64,000 nt of DNA from Klebsiella phage K64-1, in the sequence record AB897757.1. One strand, 5' to 3'. Each line of letters starts with the position of its first letter. Positions within the stretch are counted from its first letter, which is position 1. A model generated the notes under the pieces. The model worked only from the letters and a program-made list of their open reading frames with translations. It made no database searches and had not been told where the DNA came from. The position numbers and the translations under genes are program-made. This document shows positions 28,446 through 37,944 of the stretch, piece by piece.

Positions 28446-29059
28446 AAACAGATTATTCAAAACTAAGAACAAAACTTTATGGAATTATAGAGGGGCTATC
28501 TCTAATCGATCCAAAGTACTATGAATTGCGTCGTTTACTTGCATTCGCCGAACAATATCATTGTAATACACGAAAAGATGGTTCTGAAGAATTCTCTCAT
28601 CAATTACAAATGCTTGGATTGGCTCTTACGCTTCATGAATCGATGTGTAAGCCGTTTGAAGTATACATGGCAATTGTATCTCATGATTTAATCGAAGACT
28701 ATCCAGAAGCTTCTGAAACGCTTGAGATGTTATTCCCTGATGTAATCCAATATAGTCGCAAACTGGCTAAATTTAAAGATTCAAATACTGATGAAGATTC
28801 GTACTATGGATACTTTAATCAGCTTTCTAATTGTCAAGTATGTTCAATTGTAAAACTCGTAGATAGAGTGCACAATTTGAGTACCGCACCTGGTGTATTC
28901 AGTACTGAAAAAATTATAAGTTATTGTGATGAAACTGATAAGTATTTCTTTGATATGATAAAAAAATCCAAAGTTATGTTCAATCAACGTTCAGCATATG
29001 AAGTTCTAAAATTCATGTTGAATACCGAAGTCAGTACTATCAGGAATTTATTAAAATGA
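28442..29059 (+). CDS. HD-domain phosphohydrolase, SpoT/Mesh1-like (candidate (p)ppGpp or signalling-nucleotide hydrolase)
   Basis: ORF of 205 aa with 'FSHQLQMLGLALTL' and 'AIVSHDLIEDY', giving the H...HD...D metal-binding pattern of the RelA/SpoT hydrolase HD domain. Confidence 0.6.
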   Translation: MKTDYSKLRTKLYGIIEGLSLIDPKYYELRRLLAFAEQYHCNTRKDGSEEFSHQLQMLGLALTLHESMCKPFEVYMAIVSHDLIEDYPEASETLEMLFPDVIQYSRKLAKFKDSNTDEDSYYGYFNQLSNCQVCSIVKLVDRVHNLSTAPGVFSTEKIISYCDETDKYFFDMIKKSKVMFNQRSAYEVLKFMLNTEVSTIRNLLK

Positions 29060-29262
29060 AAATAGTTTTAGAATTTGCATTTATTATTTTTGGTTTCATT
29101 TGGTTCACTGCTATTTCAATTTTTGCTGGATATCTCATTATTAAACCGGATATGTTGATTTTCTACTGGATTTTGACTTTAATTGCATTCATCAGTGTTG
29201 TCTATTTGTCTTATAAACTGGTATATCTATATGCAGATGAAATCAAAAAATATAACACTTAG
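29056..29262 (+). CDS. small membrane protein with 2 predicted TM helices
   Basis: ORF of 68 aa that is highly hydrophobic, 'IVLEFAFIIFGFIWFTAISIFAGYLII ... ILTLIAFISVVYL'. Confidence 0.45.
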   Translation: MKIVLEFAFIIFGFIWFTAISIFAGYLIIKPDMLIFYWILTLIAFISVVYLSYKLVYLYADEIKKYNT

Positions 29263-29295
29263 TTGGTTTTATGTTGAAAAGATTTAAAATCGATA

Positions 29296-29325
29296 TTGAA
29301 TAAACATTTCTCCTTGTGATATAAT
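29296..29325 (+). promoter_or_regulatory. sigma70-like promoter with extended -10 (TGTGATATAAT)
   Basis: -35-like TTGAAT at 29296-29301, an 18-nt spacer, TGn plus TATAAT at 29317-29325. Confidence 0.45.
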
Positions 29326-29330
29326 ACTAT

Positions 29331-29349
29331 ATGTAAAAGGATTTTACAT
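29331..29349 (+). promoter_or_regulatory. perfect palindrome ATGTAAAA-GGA-TTTTACAT at the predicted transcript start (operator or 5' hairpin)
   Basis: 8-bp arms lying between the -10 and the RBS (aaggagag) of gene 29370. Confidence 0.4.
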
Positions 29350-29369
29350 AAGCACAAGGAGAGTCAAAG

Positions 29370-30098
29370 ATGATAGATAATTTAGCATTTGCATCCGAAA
29401 TGGCTAATCAGTTGAACATGAGTAATTTTCAGAGTCTTACACCAGTGATGGCGGAATATGCTGTTGCTCATGCCACCTGTGGTGAACAAGTTGGATCAGC
29501 AAATTTATTAGCTGATGTATTCAGTACTGTACAAAGTACCCAATACAGTGTTAAAATGTATAGGGATAAGTTTGTACAGTTGTATATGCTTGATGTAATA
29601 AAAGAAGAACCAGAATGGACTGATTTTATTATTGAACGTAGGATTAGTGGTGTTTCTAATCCAGATAAAGATGCAGTACAAGTATTTGATGAAATACTTC
29701 AAGATGTATATAGTAATGAACAAAAAAGTCTAAATCAATACAATGTACGTTCTACCAAGACAGTGCTCGTGGGATTTGATGAAGATGAAGAATATTACTA
29801 TTTTCGTTGTACTGAAGTAGATTTTAAATACGAAACTCCCAGTACAGTTAAAGTTAAAGAATTTACTGAAAAGAGTAAAAACTTCAAAAAACATTCTTCT
29901 AATATTAGTAATATAGTTGGTTATAATAAAGATGGTATTGACATATATCAATGGGTACACCCAAATAACTCAACTTATACCAGATGTTTAAAGAAACGTT
30001 ATAATTTAAAACAAGAAGAATCATTTTATTTTAAGATAAAGAAGCATTCCTATCAACGACCTGATGAATCAGTGTTACTTGGTATGATTTACTTCTGA
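29370..30098 (+). CDS. hypothetical protein
   Basis: ORF of 242 aa with a strong RBS (aaggagag) and a downstream terminator. Confidence 0.55.
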   Translation: MIDNLAFASEMANQLNMSNFQSLTPVMAEYAVAHATCGEQVGSANLLADVFSTVQSTQYSVKMYRDKFVQLYMLDVIKEEPEWTDFIIERRISGVSNPDKDAVQVFDEILQDVYSNEQKSLNQYNVRSTKTVLVGFDEDEEYYYFRCTEVDFKYETPSTVKVKEFTEKSKNFKKHSSNISNIVGYNKDGIDIYQWVHPNNSTYTRCLKKRYNLKQEESFYFKIKKHSYQRPDESVLLGMIYF

Positions 30099-30106
30099 TT
30101 TTAGTC

Positions 30107-30139
30107 GTCCAGTACAATATAAGTACTGGACATTTTTTT
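30107..30139 (+). terminator. rho-independent terminator built from the CAGTAC/GTACTG motif
   Basis: Sequence gtccagtac-aatataa-gtactggac followed by attttttt. Confidence 0.6.
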
Positions 30140-30149
30140 AAGGTAAAAA

Positions 30150-30428
30150 ATGAATATATTACAAAAAGTTAATCTATTTGGAAAAGCGTATACAAATGCT
30201 TTTTATGGTATTGATAAACGTTATGAATATGCTAATTTTTTAAATAGAGAAATTGAATTTAGTGGAATGAATAGGTTATTGTCTGGTAAACGTGTAACTA
30301 TTGTTTTTAATGGTTATCAGGGATATATTAATCAAATTCGTCATCTAGATGAGAAAATTTTTGCATACGTTTATACTAATAATGGAAATTTATTGATTAA
30401 TTTATCTTTTTTGGAATTGATTGAATGA
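30150..30428 (+). CDS. hypothetical protein (first of four ~95-aa ORFs with similar N-termini)
   Basis: ORF of 92 aa with 'LQKVNLFGKAYTNAFY'. Confidence 0.4.
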   Translation: MNILQKVNLFGKAYTNAFYGIDKRYEYANFLNREIEFSGMNRLLSGKRVTIVFNGYQGYINQIRHLDEKIFAYVYTNNGNLLINLSFLELIE

Positions 30429-30709
30429 AATTAATAGACCAAGTTATTCTTTATAAGAAAGTATTTGATTATATGGAAGATTTTCTTGATGGTACACATT
30501 ATGAATGTTGCATTTATGTTACATGGAAAAAGAATGTAATGGAAATAGAAAAAGCTACCATTTCTAAAATAGTGCGTATAAAAAGCCTTGATACTATTGG
30601 TACTATTATTGAACTTAATATAGGAAGATATTTTGCATTTTTTGGTGTAAAAGTACCTGAAAACGATTTTGCTCTTATAATTTCATTAGATGATATTGAG
30701 TTTCTTTGA
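30425..30709 (+). CDS. hypothetical protein
   Basis: ORF of 94 aa with 'IDQVILYKKVFDYMEDF'. Confidence 0.4.
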   Translation: MKLIDQVILYKKVFDYMEDFLDGTHYECCIYVTWKKNVMEIEKATISKIVRIKSLDTIGTIIELNIGRYFAFFGVKVPENDFALIISLDDIEFL

Positions 30710-30738
30710 GTTTTATCTATTTGGTAATATAAAATATT

Positions 30739-31050
30739 ATGGATAAATTACACAAAGCAGTATTATTTTTAAAAGCATATAGCTATGAGTACTTACAAAG
30801 TCATGGAAAATGGAATGGTAGTTATAAGGATTTATATTCATCTGTTTTTCTTAATGAAGTAAATCTTGTGATATCAGAAGTACAAAAATTATATGAAAGA
30901 AAACTTGTGCATACGAGATTTGGTATTGGAATTATTATTAGTATATTTTGCTTCACATACGGTTCCTTTTTAGTCGCAATAGAAACAATAGTAGAAGGCA
31001 AACCACAAACAATAGTATTAGAATTAAGTGAGATATATCTGGATGAATGA
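30739..31050 (+). CDS. hypothetical protein with a possible TM helix
   Basis: ORF of 103 aa with 'LHKAVLFLKAYSYEYL' and the hydrophobic 'GIGIIISIFCFTYGSFLVAI'. Confidence 0.4.
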   Translation: MDKLHKAVLFLKAYSYEYLQSHGKWNGSYKDLYSSVFLNEVNLVISEVQKLYERKLVHTRFGIGIIISIFCFTYGSFLVAIETIVEGKPQTIVLELSEIYLDE

Positions 31051-31315
31051 ACATTTTAATAGAATACAATTAATCACCCAACTTCTACAAATGGTTGATG
31101 ACACATTTGATGAATTAAAAAATAATCTTATGAATAAGAAAATCAAATGTAAGGTATATATGAATGATGGTGATTATTTCGATATGCGAGAAGTTGAAGT
31201 AACTGGAATTGTTACTAATATTACTTTATATGAATATGATCTAACTATTACAGTGAAAATCGACGAAGGTCGTGAATATTACGTTTGTAATCAACATATT
31301 GAGGTGGTTGAATGA
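31028..31315 (+). CDS. hypothetical protein
   Basis: ORF of 95 aa. Confidence 0.4.
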   Translation: MRYIWMNEHFNRIQLITQLLQMVDDTFDELKNNLMNKKIKCKVYMNDGDYFDMREVEVTGIVTNITLYEYDLTITVKIDEGREYYVCNQHIEVVE

Positions 31316-32457
31316 GTTTAGTAGAAATCTATAATGATTTAATGAATTTAGTACAAAATAATGAAGCATTTGAATATAAAGATCAGCGTTCAATTGGTGG
31401 TGGTTTGTATAGAATCTTTTCTTATCGAATGGCCTCATATACTGATTTCTGTGAACCTAATGCCAAAGAAACACGAGGTTCAATGTGGGAAATCAATGAA
31501 GATGGTACTATGATTCGTTGTGCAGCCCGTACTATGAATAAATTTTTTAACGCATATGAAAACCCATTCACAATGTTTGATAAAAATATGCTTAGTACTG
31601 AAATTGAAGTGGCGATGGATAAACGAGACGGTTCTATTATCAGTACTTTCAAGGATAATGACGGAATTATTCGTTGTAAATCTCACACTTCTCTATCTTC
31701 AGAACACGCAATTAATAGTAATGCTATCATGCGTCCTGGTTCTAGTTTATATCAATACGTAGAAGAAGCTGAACTTCAACAATATACCGTGAACCTCGAA
31801 TATACTTCACCTGAATATCGTATTGTATTGCCATATCAGAGCGAGAAACTGACTGTATTGAACGTTCGTCATCGAATCACTGGTGAACTACTGTGTGGTG
31901 AAAAACTGCGTCAGAAGTTTCCTATGCTCGCTATGCGTAGCACTAATATGATAAATGGTCAGAACATTGCAAGTAATTTTCCAATGCGTACTACAGTACT
32001 TGAAACGGTGGAAGCAGTAAAAGGAATGCGAGACATTGAAGGATTTGTGGCAGTACTGAAAGATGGCACAATGTTTAAAATTAAAACAGATTGGTACTGT
32101 GCTTTGCATTTCAATAAGGATAGTATTAATGTTGATTCTAGACTTTACGAATCAGTGCTACAAGGTGCAAGTGATGATTTAAGGCAAATGTTCTCTAATG
32201 ATCAGTATTGTCTTGATAAGATTAAAAGGATGGAAGATTTAGTATTCAGTACTTATAATTCTTTTGAAAAATTTGTTAATGATTTTTACAATGAATTTAA
32301 ACATTTAGAACGCAAAGAATATGCACTAAAAGTACAGAAACTTCTACCAAAAGAATTAAATCATCAGGGTTATGCTTTCTCTTTGTATAACAATAAACCG
32401 TTTGATTTAAAGGAAAACATGATCAAATACAGCAAAGAAGTATTAAAAGATTTCTAA
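31312..32457 (+). CDS. rnlA: RNA ligase 1 (T4 RnlA-type)
   Basis: ORF of 381 aa containing 'YRIFSYRMASYTDFCEPNAKETRGSMWE', 'NPFTMF', 'GFVAVLKDGTMFKIKTDWY' and 'GASDDLRQMF'. These line up with T4 Rnl1 blocks (YRIFSYNYASYSDW / ECRGIMFE / GYVAVMKDGSHFKIKSDWY / GASDDLKAMY). Confidence 0.9.
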   Translation: MSLVEIYNDLMNLVQNNEAFEYKDQRSIGGGLYRIFSYRMASYTDFCEPNAKETRGSMWEINEDGTMIRCAARTMNKFFNAYENPFTMFDKNMLSTEIEVAMDKRDGSIISTFKDNDGIIRCKSHTSLSSEHAINSNAIMRPGSSLYQYVEEAELQQYTVNLEYTSPEYRIVLPYQSEKLTVLNVRHRITGELLCGEKLRQKFPMLAMRSTNMINGQNIASNFPMRTTVLETVEAVKGMRDIEGFVAVLKDGTMFKIKTDWYCALHFNKDSINVDSRLYESVLQGASDDLRQMFSNDQYCLDKIKRMEDLVFSTYNSFEKFVNDFYNEFKHLERKEYALKVQKLLPKELNHQGYAFSLYNNKPFDLKENMIKYSKEVLKDF

Positions 32458-32656
32458 TAAGGACACCAAATGAAGAAAAGGAATTCGTGGAGTACTCCTG
32501 AAGAATATAGGAAGATTCAGTGTTATTTTGATACAATACACAAAGAAAAATCCAGTTCAGGAGTACGAAAAAACAGAAATAAAATTAATACTAAAAAGAA
32601 AGAACGTATATATTCTTTAGAACGTCATACAAGAGAAGCTTAAACGGGAGATTATT

Positions 32657-32869
32657 ATGAAAGTACAAATTCAGCACAGTATTGTTCAAGACATGTCAGT
32701 GATTAAATTTAACAATCTTCATGATTTTTTTAGATGCATTGACTTTCTCGATAATTCATGTTTAGAATATGATATGATAAAATACAGTTCAGTTCTTGAT
32801 ACTGCCAGTATCAGAGTGAATGAATTGGTACTACATAAATTTAGCAAACGTTTCGGGATTGGGAAATGA
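32657..32869 (+). CDS. hypothetical protein
   Basis: ORF of 70 aa with RBS gggagattattATG. Confidence 0.4.
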   Translation: MKVQIQHSIVQDMSVIKFNNLHDFFRCIDFLDNSCLEYDMIKYSSVLDTASIRVNELVLHKFSKRFGIGK

Positions 32870-33132
32870 TTATGTATGAAAAATTTATATCAACTAAAGA
32901 AATGCTTCATAGGTTGATTGACGACACTGACAAAGAAATTATAAGGTATTACACTGGAAAAAAAGTACAAATTTCTGCTGAACTCCTTGAGGAACTCGAA
33001 TTGGAATCAGAGGATGATATTGTATGGACTATATATGCAGTCACTGTATTCGATGATTGCCTATTTTTTGATGTAGAGCACGGTGATGATGACTTACAAG
33101 ATTTAGAAATAGATGATCTTATATTTCTTTGA
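32866..33132 (+). CDS. hypothetical acidic protein
   Basis: ORF of 88 aa. Confidence 0.4.
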   Translation: MIMYEKFISTKEMLHRLIDDTDKEIIRYYTGKKVQISAELLEELELESEDDIVWTIYAVTVFDDCLFFDVEHGDDDLQDLEIDDLIFL

Positions 33133-33407
33133 GAATAAAAATGAATACAGAACAAGCTATTAGTACTATTGAAAATTTAAATAACACTTTAGTAATTCTT
33201 GAAAAAATTAAGTTAGATGTTGAATATCAAGTACAAAGTTTATTTTTGAATAAGAAAGCATTATTTAAGGATGGCACAGAAGGATATATTGTCGAGTTGT
33301 TTTCTGAAAATGTAAATCTACCTTATGATTTTCAATTTCTTGTTCGTTCAGAAGGTGGATACCTAGATTATATATATGAGGTAAAAGATTTTGTGCAATT
33401 CATCTAA
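33129..33407 (+). CDS. hypothetical protein
   Basis: ORF of 92 aa. Confidence 0.4.
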   Translation: MRIKMNTEQAISTIENLNNTLVILEKIKLDVEYQVQSLFLNKKALFKDGTEGYIVELFSENVNLPYDFQFLVRSEGGYLDYIYEVKDFVQFI

Positions 33408-33633
33408 AATAATTAAGCAGTACGAACAATACGTAACTATGCTTGAAACCATGAATGCGGAATTAGAAGTTTCTGCATTTAATTCTGTACATAGATACTT
33501 TATAAATCGTCCAGTGTTATATAAAAACAATGAATATAAAATTCAAAATGTATTCAGAGATGAAGAAAGTACCATAATTTTCCTACTGTATAATAATATA
33601 TATGTGGATTATACTGAAGTAACGTTTATTTAA
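33391..33633 (+). CDS. hypothetical protein
   Basis: ORF of 80 aa. Confidence 0.35.
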   Translation: MCNSSKIIKQYEQYVTMLETMNAELEVSAFNSVHRYFINRPVLYKNNEYKIQNVFRDEESTIIFLLYNNIYVDYTEVTFI

Positions 33634-33644
33634 AGGACATAATA

Positions 33645-34589
33645 ATGCCAACAATCACATTAACAGTTGGACTTCCCGGATGTGGCAAGACTACATGGGC
33701 TGTTGAAGAAGTTCGAAGATCTAAAAGTAAAACAGTAAACATCAACCGTGATGATATGCGAGAAAGCATGGCTGGTTCTCATGAGAATTATAAGTTCAAA
33801 GATGATAATGAGAAGTACATAGACGCTATGCAAATTGCAGCAGCAGATACAGCAGCAAAGAATAAGTGGAATATTATTATTTCAGATACCAACCTAAAGT
33901 TATCTATCCGAAAGAAATGGAAAGATTGGGCTAAAGCCAATGGCTATGATTACAAAGAAAAGAATTTCTTTGATGACTTTGTAGCAAAAAGTACTTCAGG
34001 TGCAGATGTTCATCAGTACTTTAAAATTAAAGAATTTGTTAAACAATGCAAATACTATAATTTACTTCGATATAAATCAGTACCGGAATCGGTAATTGAT
34101 ACAATGGCAGATTCTTATTTGTATAGTACTATGCCAGTTCCTTCTATTCAGAAAGATTCGATGTACGATTTTAGTACTGAATATATCATTGTTGATATTG
34201 ATGGTACTTTAGCACATAGGGGAAATCGCAACCCATATGATGAAAGTACTGTACTGGAAGATACACCAGATCTTGAAGTTATTCGTTCAGTACTTGCTGA
34301 AGTGAACCATCATAAACGAAAGGTTATTATCATGAGTGGTCGTCATGAAACTTGTGCAAAAGACACTCGTTTGTGGCTTCATGAAAATGGAGTTCCATTT
34401 GAATATCTTTTTATGCGTTCAGAAAATGATAATCGCCCTGATGATGTGGTAAAATATGAATTGTACATGAAACATGTTGCACCATATTATAATGTTGTTA
34501 AAGTTTATGATGACCGACAACAAGTGTGTACGATGTGGCGTAAATTACTGAAATTGAAAGTTTTTCAAGTTGATTTTGGTAATTTTTGA
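33645..34589 (+). CDS. pseT: polynucleotide 5'-kinase/3'-phosphatase (T4 PseT/Pnk-type)
   Basis: ORF of 314 aa with the N-terminal P-loop 'LTVGLPGCGKTTWA' and 'NINRDDMRE', and the C-terminal HAD phosphatase block 'IVDIDGTLA ... DDRQQVCTMWRKL'. It is colinear with T4 Pnk (ILTIGCPGSGKSTWA ... NINRDDYRQ ... VIFDVDGTLA ... DDRTQVVEMWRRI). Confidence 0.9.
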   Translation: MPTITLTVGLPGCGKTTWAVEEVRRSKSKTVNINRDDMRESMAGSHENYKFKDDNEKYIDAMQIAAADTAAKNKWNIIISDTNLKLSIRKKWKDWAKANGYDYKEKNFFDDFVAKSTSGADVHQYFKIKEFVKQCKYYNLLRYKSVPESVIDTMADSYLYSTMPVPSIQKDSMYDFSTEYIIVDIDGTLAHRGNRNPYDESTVLEDTPDLEVIRSVLAEVNHHKRKVIIMSGRHETCAKDTRLWLHENGVPFEYLFMRSENDNRPDDVVKYELYMKHVAPYYNVVKVYDDRQQVCTMWRKLLKLKVFQVDFGNF

Positions 34590-34597
34590 TAATTATT

Positions 34598-34630
34598 GAA
34601 GGGGAACACTTGATCCCCTTCTTTTCTTTT
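34598..34630 (+). terminator. rho-independent terminator
   Basis: Sequence gaagggg-aacacttga-tccccttc followed by ttttctttt. Confidence 0.6.
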
Positions 34631-34700
34631 GTTAAAATAGAAATACAAATAGAAAAATAACATTCATCTAGATTCAGTAGTTGGGCTTGGGGATAAGAAA

Positions 34701-34967
34701 ATGAGACAATTTTATGAACACTGGAAAATGTTGTTTAATAGTACAGAGTCGTTGTACTGGAATAGATATTATTCCGTTTGTATCAATGAATTGTATAATC
34801 ATTTTTTATATGAAGCTACTTCATCATTAAAAGGACAAACAGTTCAACACAACGTACTCGGCGAATGTAGAATTACAAGAGTTTATTCTTTTTATGATGA
34901 TGAATTATTTTGTACAATATATTCGAATTTATACAGAATGGATGTAAAATTGCGAGATTTAATTTAA
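34701..34967 (+). CDS. hypothetical protein (possible paralog of the next gene)
   Basis: ORF of 88 aa. Confidence 0.4.
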   Translation: MRQFYEHWKMLFNSTESLYWNRYYSVCINELYNHFLYEATSSLKGQTVQHNVLGECRITRVYSFYDDELFCTIYSNLYRMDVKLRDLI

Positions 34968-35269
34968 TGAATTTATCAGAATGTGTAAAATTGACTAAAT
35001 TTTTAGATTCAGTGAATGATCGTATGTTTGAGGAATTTTGTGATAATTCTGAATATTTAAATATAGTAATGGGTATTTTTCATAAACATCTAAATTTGTA
35101 TATTGATGAACTGAATAAAAAACTAAAAAACAGAGAACTTTTCGTGTATGGTTTAGGTTACTGTGTAATTTATGATGTTTATCGTTCGATACGCGGTGAA
35201 TTAAAATGTACAGTAACATTTGAAAATGATTATCATAATGTCTATATGAAATACTCAAAACTCGTATGA
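34967..35269 (+). CDS. hypothetical protein (start chosen at ATG 34967 inside track ORF 34910..35269)
   Basis: ATGA overlap with the upstream stop. The C-terminal 'YGLGYCVIYDVYRSIRGELKCTVTF' resembles 'LGECRITRVYSFYDDELFCTIY' upstream. Confidence 0.4.
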   Translation: MNLSECVKLTKFLDSVNDRMFEEFCDNSEYLNIVMGIFHKHLNLYIDELNKKLKNRELFVYGLGYCVIYDVYRSIRGELKCTVTFENDYHNVYMKYSKLV

Positions 35270-35559
35270 ATAAAATAAAGTCACTTGATATTGTTTATAC
35301 CCTATTTTATATCAAAGATCATACAGATGACTCTTTTTATAAAGTTATAGTCGATTATACAGAGAATTTAATACAAGAACTTAATACAATACTTATTGGT
35401 AGTGACTGTATTGTTAAACCATCTGGTGTTGAATTCAAAGCTACAATTGATTCAATATTGTTTAGTTCTATTTCTGGTTTAGTATATAAAGTGACTGAAA
35501 ATACTAAATCATTTTATAGTTATCGTTATGTTAATCCATTAAAAATTGAGTTCTTATGA
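35266..35559 (+). CDS. hypothetical protein
   Basis: ORF of 97 aa. Confidence 0.4.
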   Translation: MNKIKSLDIVYTLFYIKDHTDDSFYKVIVDYTENLIQELNTILIGSDCIVKPSGVEFKATIDSILFSSISGLVYKVTENTKSFYSYRYVNPLKIEFL

Positions 35560-35831
35560 AATCACTCAAAGAAGATATTAATTTCAAATTATTATCAGTA
35601 CTGAAAGAACATACTATTTATAACCAAATATGTCAAGATTTACTTAATTCAATATATTATAATAAAATTACCAAATATGTTGATAGTAAATGTTATTTTA
35701 TCCATGACAAAGAAAAAGTATGCTCAACCATAAATGGGTTTTATGTATCAAAAAACGGTGATGTTTTATGTTATTTGTATCATAATAAAACATACAATTT
35801 TATAGAATTAAAGGATGTATATATTGAATAG
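35556..35831 (+). CDS. hypothetical protein
   Basis: ORF of 91 aa. Confidence 0.4.
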   Translation: MKSLKEDINFKLLSVLKEHTIYNQICQDLLNSIYYNKITKYVDSKCYFIHDKEKVCSTINGFYVSKNGDVLCYLYHNKTYNFIELKDVYIE

Positions 35832-36109
35832 TATTCAGGATGATATAGAAAGGAGAATATACTTCATTGTAGTGTGTTATAAAAGAAAATACACTACGCA
35901 GTACTATAATTTCTGGAATGCAAGATTAAATTTAGAAATTAAAAACATATTATACTATCAGAGGATATTGTGATGGATTCTTATTTAGATGAATTGATTG
36001 CTGATTTACTAGTTTCTTCAGTACTATCACGTCGCGGCGAACAAAAAGAACGCAAATATAATAAAGAAAAATTTGATGATTATTTGCGTGGTTTTCTGGG
36101 AAGATTCAG

Positions 36110-36295
36110 ATGAATCAACATCAAGATTACAAATATCATAAGCTGCTTGATGAATTCACAGAAAACACAAAAATGTATGGGGTGCTAAAACAGATAGCAA
36201 CAAAACATAAAAAAGGAGACTATTTCAATAAAAGATATAATTCAATTATAAATCGATTTGTTACAGAAAGTAATTTTATTATTAAAGGAAAATAA
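36110..36295 (+). CDS. hypothetical small basic protein
   Basis: ORF of 61 aa. Confidence 0.3.
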   Translation: MNQHQDYKYHKLLDEFTENTKMYGVLKQIATKHKKGDYFNKRYNSIINRFVTESNFIIKGK

Positions 36296-36499
36296 TTTAT
36301 GGATATTGATGATACGTATTTATATAATCTTGAATTAGTGAGAGTTGGTGTATTATTAGTAACTTATTATACTAACTACAAATGTATTAATTCTGTTATA
36401 AATTCTATACTTGATTCATGGGTACATTATAGTTCCAGATTACTATAATGATTAATTTAAATTTAAGTTACAAAACACATAACTTCGAAAGTATAAAAT

Positions 36500-36802
36500 T
36501 TGATGAATAAAATAAATGTTGCATACCATACTTGGGAAATGCTTTTTGACTTAACTGATGATTTTTATCCAAGTAACTATTCAAATGTTTATTATGAAGT
36601 ATATAAAAATTATTATTCAGAACTTAATAATTATGTCAAAGGAACTAAAGTTGAACTTATATTATTATATTCAGTGAGTCCTTCAAAACTAGGAACTGTT
36701 AATTCAATAAATGTGACACCATTTGGATTACACTTTGAAATAGAACTGTGCCATAATTCAGTAATCGTTTTCCGTGAATATTGTGAAATAAAAGAATATT
36801 AA
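36500..36802 (+). CDS. hypothetical protein
   Basis: ORF of 100 aa. Confidence 0.4.
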   Translation: MMNKINVAYHTWEMLFDLTDDFYPSNYSNVYYEVYKNYYSELNNYVKGTKVELILLYSVSPSKLGTVNSINVTPFGLHFEIELCHNSVIVFREYCEIKEY

Positions 36803-36816
36803 TATGTGGGGTTATC

Positions 36817-37077
36817 ATGAATTTAAAAACTGATATAGAATATTTCAATTTACTTATGTCATTAGTAAATGAACAATTGGAGCACATGAATAATACTTAT
36901 AAAAACACCAATGTATTAATAGATTCACATAAACAGAATTTATATGATGAAGAGGGAAATATTTTATTATTTGATATTTCGGATAAAGACGCTACATTAA
37001 TGATAAGTGTTCAGTACAGTAACGGTTGGTTTGGTCATTTAAACTCAGAATATCATGATTTTGTGATCAAAAAATAA
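36817..37077 (+). CDS. hypothetical protein
   Basis: ORF of 86 aa with RBS gggg. Confidence 0.4.
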   Translation: MNLKTDIEYFNLLMSLVNEQLEHMNNTYKNTNVLIDSHKQNLYDEEGNILLFDISDKDATLMISVQYSNGWFGHLNSEYHDFVIKK

Positions 37078-37210
37078 CAAAAAATATTGCAATGGCTTCT
37101 ATTGTGTTGTATAGTCTGTGTATCGGTCTCACCGGTGGATGTAAAATAAAAATTGAATATTTTTCGTATCAATGATATAGTGTTATAAACATATAAAAGA
37201 GGAAATAAAA

Positions 37211-37882
37211 ATGATCGCTATCTGGTTTATTATGGTTATTCTTGTCGGTGTTTGGGCTAATGCATGGGGTCGTAGTGGTATTTTATTCGGTCTGTTGTCA
37301 CTAATTTTATCACCACTGATTGGTGCAATCGTGCTTCTTTGTGCTGGTAAAAAAGTTGTTGCAACACAACCACAAAATATGCAACCAATTCAGAACATCG
37401 TAATTCATACTAACGGTACTGCTCCACCAGAAGTACAAGTAACAACTGATACTACTGTACTGGAAAAAGAAGACGAATCTGATAAAAAAAAAGATCAAAG
37501 TCTTGAACCCGTAGAAGCAACCGAAGTATCTGAAGTAGTAAATGAGGTTGTTGAATCTTCCCCAAAAGAAGATAATACGAAACCAGTACCAGTTACTAAA
37601 CAAAAGAGAGCACAACAAGCGAAAAAAGCACGTACTGTTAAAAAGAAATCAAGTACTGTTGGTGCAACTAAACAAACAAAAACAACTAAAACTGTTGTTG
37701 ATGATTTCAGTAATAAAAATACATCAAACAACAATGATATTATTGATAGTACTTCAATCGTACCTGGTGTGGCCGCCGCTGTTATTACAACCCAAATCCT
37801 AACGGAGAGTAGTTCAGTGGATAGTATCTCTTCATACGATTCTGGAAGTTGTGACAGTTCTTCAAGTTCTTCATGTGATTAA
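37211..37882 (+). CDS. membrane-anchored low-complexity protein (N-terminal TM hairpin, then a Lys/Thr/Val/Ser-rich disordered tail)
   Basis: ORF of 223 aa with strong RBS aagaggaaataaaaATG. Two hydrophobic helices lie in residues 1-45, followed by an 'AKKARTVKKKSSTVGATKQTKTTKTVV' type tail. Confidence 0.5.
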   Translation: MIAIWFIMVILVGVWANAWGRSGILFGLLSLILSPLIGAIVLLCAGKKVVATQPQNMQPIQNIVIHTNGTAPPEVQVTTDTTVLEKEDESDKKKDQSLEPVEATEVSEVVNEVVESSPKEDNTKPVPVTKQKRAQQAKKARTVKKKSSTVGATKQTKTTKTVVDDFSNKNTSNNNDIIDSTSIVPGVAAAVITTQILTESSSVDSISSYDSGSCDSSSSSSCD

Positions 37883-37889
37883 TAAACAA

Positions 37890-37918
37890 AAGAAGCCCAA
37901 ATAAGGGCTTCTTTTTAT
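37890..37918 (+). terminator. rho-independent terminator
   Basis: Sequence agaagccc-aaataa-gggcttct followed by ttttatt. Confidence 0.6.
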
Positions 37919-37944
37919 TTAAGTAAAATATATTAAGGATTAAT

